A DNA stretch of 62,766 nt, filler included, from Nemertoderma westbladi (lineage: Eukaryota; Animalia; Xenacoelomorpha), in assembly GCA_032718475.1 (NCBI GenBank). It is 3 parts of 3 records of this genome, joined end to end, with 100 filler letters (N's around TTAATTAATTAA, not from the genome) between each part and the next. Parts side by side here need not be neighbours in the genome. Positions count along the whole stretch, not along the records: positions 57,790 to 62,766 come from JAUCBJ010000979.1; 2 more parts are not named here. One strand, given 5' to 3'. The notes beneath the pieces are model-generated. The model was given only the letters and a program-made list of their open reading frames with translations. It did no database searches and was not told where the DNA came from. Within the stretch, counting starts at the first letter, position 1. The number at the start of each line of letters is the position of its first letter. The translations under genes and the position numbers were made by a program. Below are positions 57,790 to 62,766 of this stretch, one piece after another.

Positions 57790-60523
57790 CGTCCTACATA
57801 CAGAAGCTAGGGACCCCCAATTATTCTACTACATTATATATTTCTCAATAGCAGTCTTACATATGTTTCCTTACATTTTCAGATATCACTAAATTCCATA
57901 TAGTAATTTCACTTTGCTACTAATGGGCTACAGTATTATTTAATATAATTAAGGATAACAAAATGTAGCATTTTATAGCGGTTTGCATATTCGCTATATG
58001 TACAAATTCTATATATAGAAATAATCTGTGTTTTTAAAGATATCTCGAAATGCTACCATCACCACTCCCAAAGTTTAATATATATAAGTAGCATAGCCGT
58101 CAAATCTTCCCATTAACTGAAGGGTTTTTGTATATTCAGTTTCAGAATACAAAAATTATATGTATATTGACCATAGCAGCCGAACCATGATGATTTGCAA
58201 AAAGCAATTTGTTTCCAATGTTAGACATTTTGATTTATTTAATAATAAAATAGTTAAATAAAATGTATTAGATAATAAAATTAAAATATAAGAAATGTTA
58301 ATATAAAACCATATGTATGTCTTTGAAATATATATTAGTGACGGTTCTGCTACATTTTGTGTATATATATATATATAATATATATATATAGCATATATAG
58401 CATATGCTATGATATAGCATATCTCCATTTAAATATAAAGGGGATGTTATAGTTGACGATAGAACTAAGGCGAGTATTCTCTCTGAAGTATTTTCTGATA
58501 ATTTTCATGTTGACAATGATTTATTGCCTAACTTTAACCGTAGAGTACCAGGTACAGTTTACAAATCAAATGTAGATTTTTCACTGATTAATGTGTTTAC
58601 AATGCTACATAAAATAAAAGGGAAATTGAGTAAAACGCCGGATGGTTTTCCTAGTTACATATGTTTGTAAAATTAGCACGTTGTTTAGCTGCCCCGCTAT
58701 CAGTTATATTTATTATTTCGTTAATAACTCATACCCTGTCATCAGCGTGGTTAACAGCTATAATTGTGCCCTTATTTAAGAAAGGCGATCCTTATAATTA
58801 CTGCCCTGTTTCTCTGACCTGTTTATCGTGCAAACTTATGGAACATTGTATAAAAAACGAACTAGCTGATTATTTACTCATAAATAAAATTATATCAAAG
58901 GCGCAGCACGGTTTTGTGAAATGTAGATCGACATGTACTCAACTTTTGGAATGTTCAAATTAATGGTACAAGGTTTTAGACAAACGCTATACAGTTGATG
59001 TTGTATATGTTATTTTAGCCAAGGCATTCGATTCAGTTGTTCACCGAAAGTTGATACATAAATTGTCCAGTTATGGGGTAACCAGTGATTTGTTATGCTG
59101 GATTGAAGCTTTTCTCTGTAATCGTACTCAGAATGTAATTATTAGTAATAGTATTTCATCTTCCGTTAATGTTATATCAGGAACGATCCAAGGCAGAATC
59201 TTGGGGCTGCTATTATTTTTACTTTATATCAATGATCTACCCTACCTAATACCAAATGTATCCTGCAAATCATTTGCGGGTGACTTAAAGTTGCACGCGA
59301 GATCAAGCGATAGTGATTTGCTACACAGCGCACTGCGTATACTGGAAAGCTGGACAGCCGATTGGCAACTAAACATAGCGGCTCATGAGTGCACTGTTCT
59401 TCGTTTTGGTGTCAGTAAAGCTAATGTAGTTCCAGAACAATATTTTATAAACGGCAGGTTAATAAAAACGGATGATTATTGTAGAGATTTAGGGGTTCCA
59501 TTTTCTGTGAACTTAAGGGAACCTGTACGTGGTGGAATTCCCTTTGAATCACTATTGATAAAAAGGTTCACTTATCTAGAATAGATTAATAGTTTTTAAC
59601 AAAATTTTTTTAATTACTTAAAATATTGTCCCGCACTTGTGGATCTAAAAAAATTAAAATTCCTTAACAATTAGTTAATAATTTTAGTTAATTAATTAAA
59701 AATTAATTGGTAATTAATTAATTAATTAAAATTAATTAATTAGTTAATTAATTAAAAATTAATTAAACTAATTTAACTTAATATTAATAAACAAATTGAA
59801 TAATATAGAAAAATAATTGAAAAATTAACAAGGGATTAATCTTCCAGGTGTTCTTCATAAAAACTGAGTTAAAGTCAATATAGTTTTAATTGTTTCTTCT
59901 TTACATTTTGTTATAAAATACTCGATAAACCCTAATTGTGGATCTTCAACATTGTCCGATTTGTTATTTAAAAATTAATTAATTAATAATATATTCATAA
60001 TATTTCATGTTTATATTACTAATAACTTCTTTGCAAATTAATTATATGAGCAGATTCTAGTTCCACATGTTCTACATGGTCGACTTGATATGTGTACAAA
60101 ATTTTATTCAGTACTTTTCGAGAAAATTTTACCTTTGTGTCCAAAATGTTGTTTGGAGAAAAATTCGTTCAAAGTTCTAAACAATAAAAATATATTTGCT
60201 AATAATCGCAGGCAATCTACCTTTCTGGCAGTGGTAATTCTCAAAACAACCTCTTTGATGATCAAAATTAATTATTTATATTATAATTTTTATATTATAT
60301 TATTAATTATATTATTAATTATATTATTAATTATTATTATTAAATATTATAATTTAAATTATATTAATTATTTCAAAATATTTTAAATTTCAAAATTTTT
60401 TTTCAGCTAAAAAGTTTCCTAAAAGAGTAAATTCCATTTGTTTAATTCTTTATGTTTCAGATTTATGTTTTTTGAAGGCGATCAAAATTATCTCTATATG
60501 TTTACTTACATACCAGTAATAAC

Positions 60524-60830
60524 CTAGTGTTCTCCAGCACCATAGTCCTCATCTTGTTCGGTTGCTCGAGATGAATGCTTCAGTTCACAGTGAGCTTCCC
60601 TTTCCGAGTTTTCTAGTTTGTTGAGCCGTTCAGCAACTCTAACACGTTCTTTGTCAATTTTTGTTAGCCCCCAGACTGTCTGTTCCTCATGTTGTATGTG
60701 GACCAAGTTTCTCAAATACTCGAAGTCTGATTAGCGCACCCTCATTATAAGTAGCCAAAGCATCATAAACACCAAGTTCAAGAGTTTCAAGACTGACAAA
60801 TACTTTTAGGGATTCTAACCCAAATAGAGC
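60524..60830 (-). pseudogene. Kolobok transposase C-terminal remnant
   Basis: FVSLETLELGVYDALATYNEG…VFEKLG, then after a frameshift IDKERVRVAER…DEDYGAGEH. Confidence 0.7.
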
Positions 60831-61257
60831 TAAAACTTTCATTATTATTTTGTGTTTTACCATGAACACATTTTGATAGAAATGTTGGGTGGGATAAGCT
60901 ACTGTAAATTGGTTTCATCAAATCCATAATAGGCCTAGGGATAGTTTTAGTGTGTTTATATTCACGAAATTCCGAAATTGAAGTTATAACAACCTGACAG
61001 CATTCGATGACAATGATACCAGCACACTTATACAGTAGGCCTACATGTAACCGAGTTCAAATTTCCCCCCATAACTTATGATATATGTACCATATATAAA
61101 CTACAATAATTACATACAGTGGAGCTGATTATTACAAAAATGAAATGTAAAATTCTCAGAATTGGCTGAATTGCGAAATTATTTGTTTGACTAACGGTAA
61201 CAAAATGTGCAATTTCTCGTGAACTATAAATGCTATTGCAAAGAAACTTTGATTTTT

Positions 61258-62622
61258 GGTTCTTTTCGGGGAATCTCATTGATCTCGATTGCTGCAAAAC
61301 TATACAATAGAATTCTATTAAATCGCATCAGGGATCCCATTGAGAGACTGCTACGTGGAAATCAGAATGGGTTCCGTAAAGGTCGTGGGACCATGGAGCC
61401 CATTTTGGCACTTAGAAGGATAATTGAAGAGTTATCAAAAAAGAAAGACAGGCATCTGGCTGTTATCTTTGTTGACTTCTTCAAGACCTTTGATTCAGTC
61501 TCTCGCTCACGTATGTTCAGCATACTTTCATTATATGGGATTCCTGATGAAATTATTGCAGCAATCAGATCAGTATACGATGGTTCGACAACATTTGTGT
61601 CTACTGTTGATGGTGACACAGAACCATTTGAAGTGTTATGGGGCGTCCTCCAAGGAGACACACTTGCACCATTCTTGTTCATTATTGTGGTTGACTATGT
61701 TCTACGCATGTCCTTAGATAATCATAATGATGATGGGGTGATGATAACTCCACCTACTGGCTCCAGAAGTCGAGGAAATCCTGCCAAGTACCTAACTGAT
61801 CTAGACTTTGCTGATGACTTAGGAGTACTCTCAGAATCATTAGAGGGAGCCCAGCGGCTCCTCAGCTCATTAGAACATGCTGCTTCTAGTGTTGGTCTTT
61901 TTATTAACTCCAGAAAGACCAAAATTCTGACAGTTAACTTTGAAAGTCCTCAGCAAGTCTCTGATCGGATGAGCATAAGCTCAAAGGATGGTATGCTTGA
62001 GCATGTGGACGACTTCTGTTACCTGGGATCATGGATCCGGATGTCAGGTGAGGACCTTCGAATACGTAAGGGAAAGGCATGGGCAGCCTTGAATAGGCTT
62101 TCCAGGATTTGGAAGTCACCTAGAATTAATCGGAAACTTAAGGTCCGATTATTCAGAGCAGCAGTAGTTCCAGTACTCCTCTACGGGAGTCCATGCTGGG
62201 CTCTAACTGCTGAGGACACCAAATCTCTGGATGGCACATTCACAAGAATGCTACGCCGGGTACATTGTGTCAAGTACAATGCACACATCTCCAACCAGAC
62301 ACTATATAACATTGGAGGTGTCTCATTGGTTCCCCCAAGCTTGACACTAGAACAAAATCGCCTCCGCTTTGCAGGACATTGCTTTCGCCGTGAGGACCAG
62401 CCAGTGCATAATCTTGTACTTTGGCAGCCTCATGGAGTGAATAAGCATGGTGGACAGCCCATGACTTTCTTGAGACGCATCTTAAAGGACACTGGCCTTA
62501 AAGATGCGGATGATCTAGCAAATGTCATGGGTGATAGGGAGTTGTGGCGGTGCAATTTTGTTGACAAGCCGGCACAGCATTCTTAAAAATGCAGCTGCAA
62601 TGCAGCATGCCGATCCTAGTAG
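61258..62622 (+). mobile_element. 5'-truncated RTE LINE with open RT frame (stop at 62586), inserted in Kolobok
   Basis: FRGISL, QNGFR, VDFFKTFDSV, GVLQGDTLAPFLF, FADDL, YLGS, RLRFAGHCFR. TAGTAG tail. 9-bp TSD TTGATTTTT at 61249-61257 and 62623-62631. Confidence 0.92.
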
Positions 62623-62766
62623 TTGATTTTTAGAATCTCCATGAAATTCTGATTCAGGAAAACCCAAAATCTTCTTTTAAGACCCCGACCACGTACAGGT
62701 TGCCTTAAAATTTGGGTTGCATTGTAAATTGCAAGCTGCAAAAGCTTTCAAAATTGCAATATATTT

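Larger units (their letters stand above)
59517..62704 (-). mobile_element. Kolobok DNA transposon, internally deleted
   Basis: TTAA TSD at 59513-59516 and 62705-62708. 17-bp TIR GGGAACCTGTACGTGGT / ACCACGTACAGGTTGCC with one mismatch. Transposase remnant inside. Confidence 0.85.
58440..62766 (+). mobile_element. Degraded CR1-group LINE RT region, split by a Kolobok element
   Basis: NYCPVSLT, QHGFVK, AKAFDSVVH, GTIQGRILG, FAGDLK, RDLGV. The frame resumes after 62708 as NL|KFGLHCKLQAAKA. Confidence 0.82.

Noticed and set aside
61207-61257. N-terminus of the 459-aa ORF as a true start
   Set aside because: These codons lie outside the RTE TSD, in Kolobok sequence. The LINE is 5'-truncated and the fusion is fortuitous.

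Overview
AT-rich, repeat-dense eukaryotic (animal-like) genomic scaffold with two artificial 100-bp assembly gaps (31804-31903, 57690-57789). There is no prokaryotic operon or CRISPR. Host genes: (1) an ABCC4/MRP4-like transporter on the minus strand, with a short upstream exon (about 21018-20836) and one 3.6-kb exon (18996-15382); (2) a near-identical second copy (31776-30019), cut at a TTAA by a piggyBac-like end next to the gap; (3) an intronless RanBP1 (39131-38367). Most of the rest is nested transposons, many resolvable to the base by TIRs, TSDs and rejoined reading frames. Retroelements: a near full-length RTE-X LINE, two CR1/L2-group LINEs nested in each other, a CR1 remnant, RTE copies, a CRE fragment, a GC-rich Mag-type Gypsy with identical 129-bp LTRs, and tRNA-derived SINE-like units. 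DNA elements: non-autonomous hAT, CMC/EnSpm, Tc1/mariner, MULE-like, IS3EU, Kolobok and Helentron-like types. Most unusual signals: (i) CAGT-ended DNA transposons with 5-bp TSDs, accompanied by many NNNNN-CAG/CTG-NNNNN scars that look like Tc1-style excision footprints; (ii) a tRNA-containing module arranged as partial tandem plus inverted copy between 12-bp direct repeats, resembling Penelope architecture; (iii) amino-acid differences between the two ABCC copies clustered in the substrate-binding helix TM12. All family assignments come from motif recognition by eye; no database search was run.
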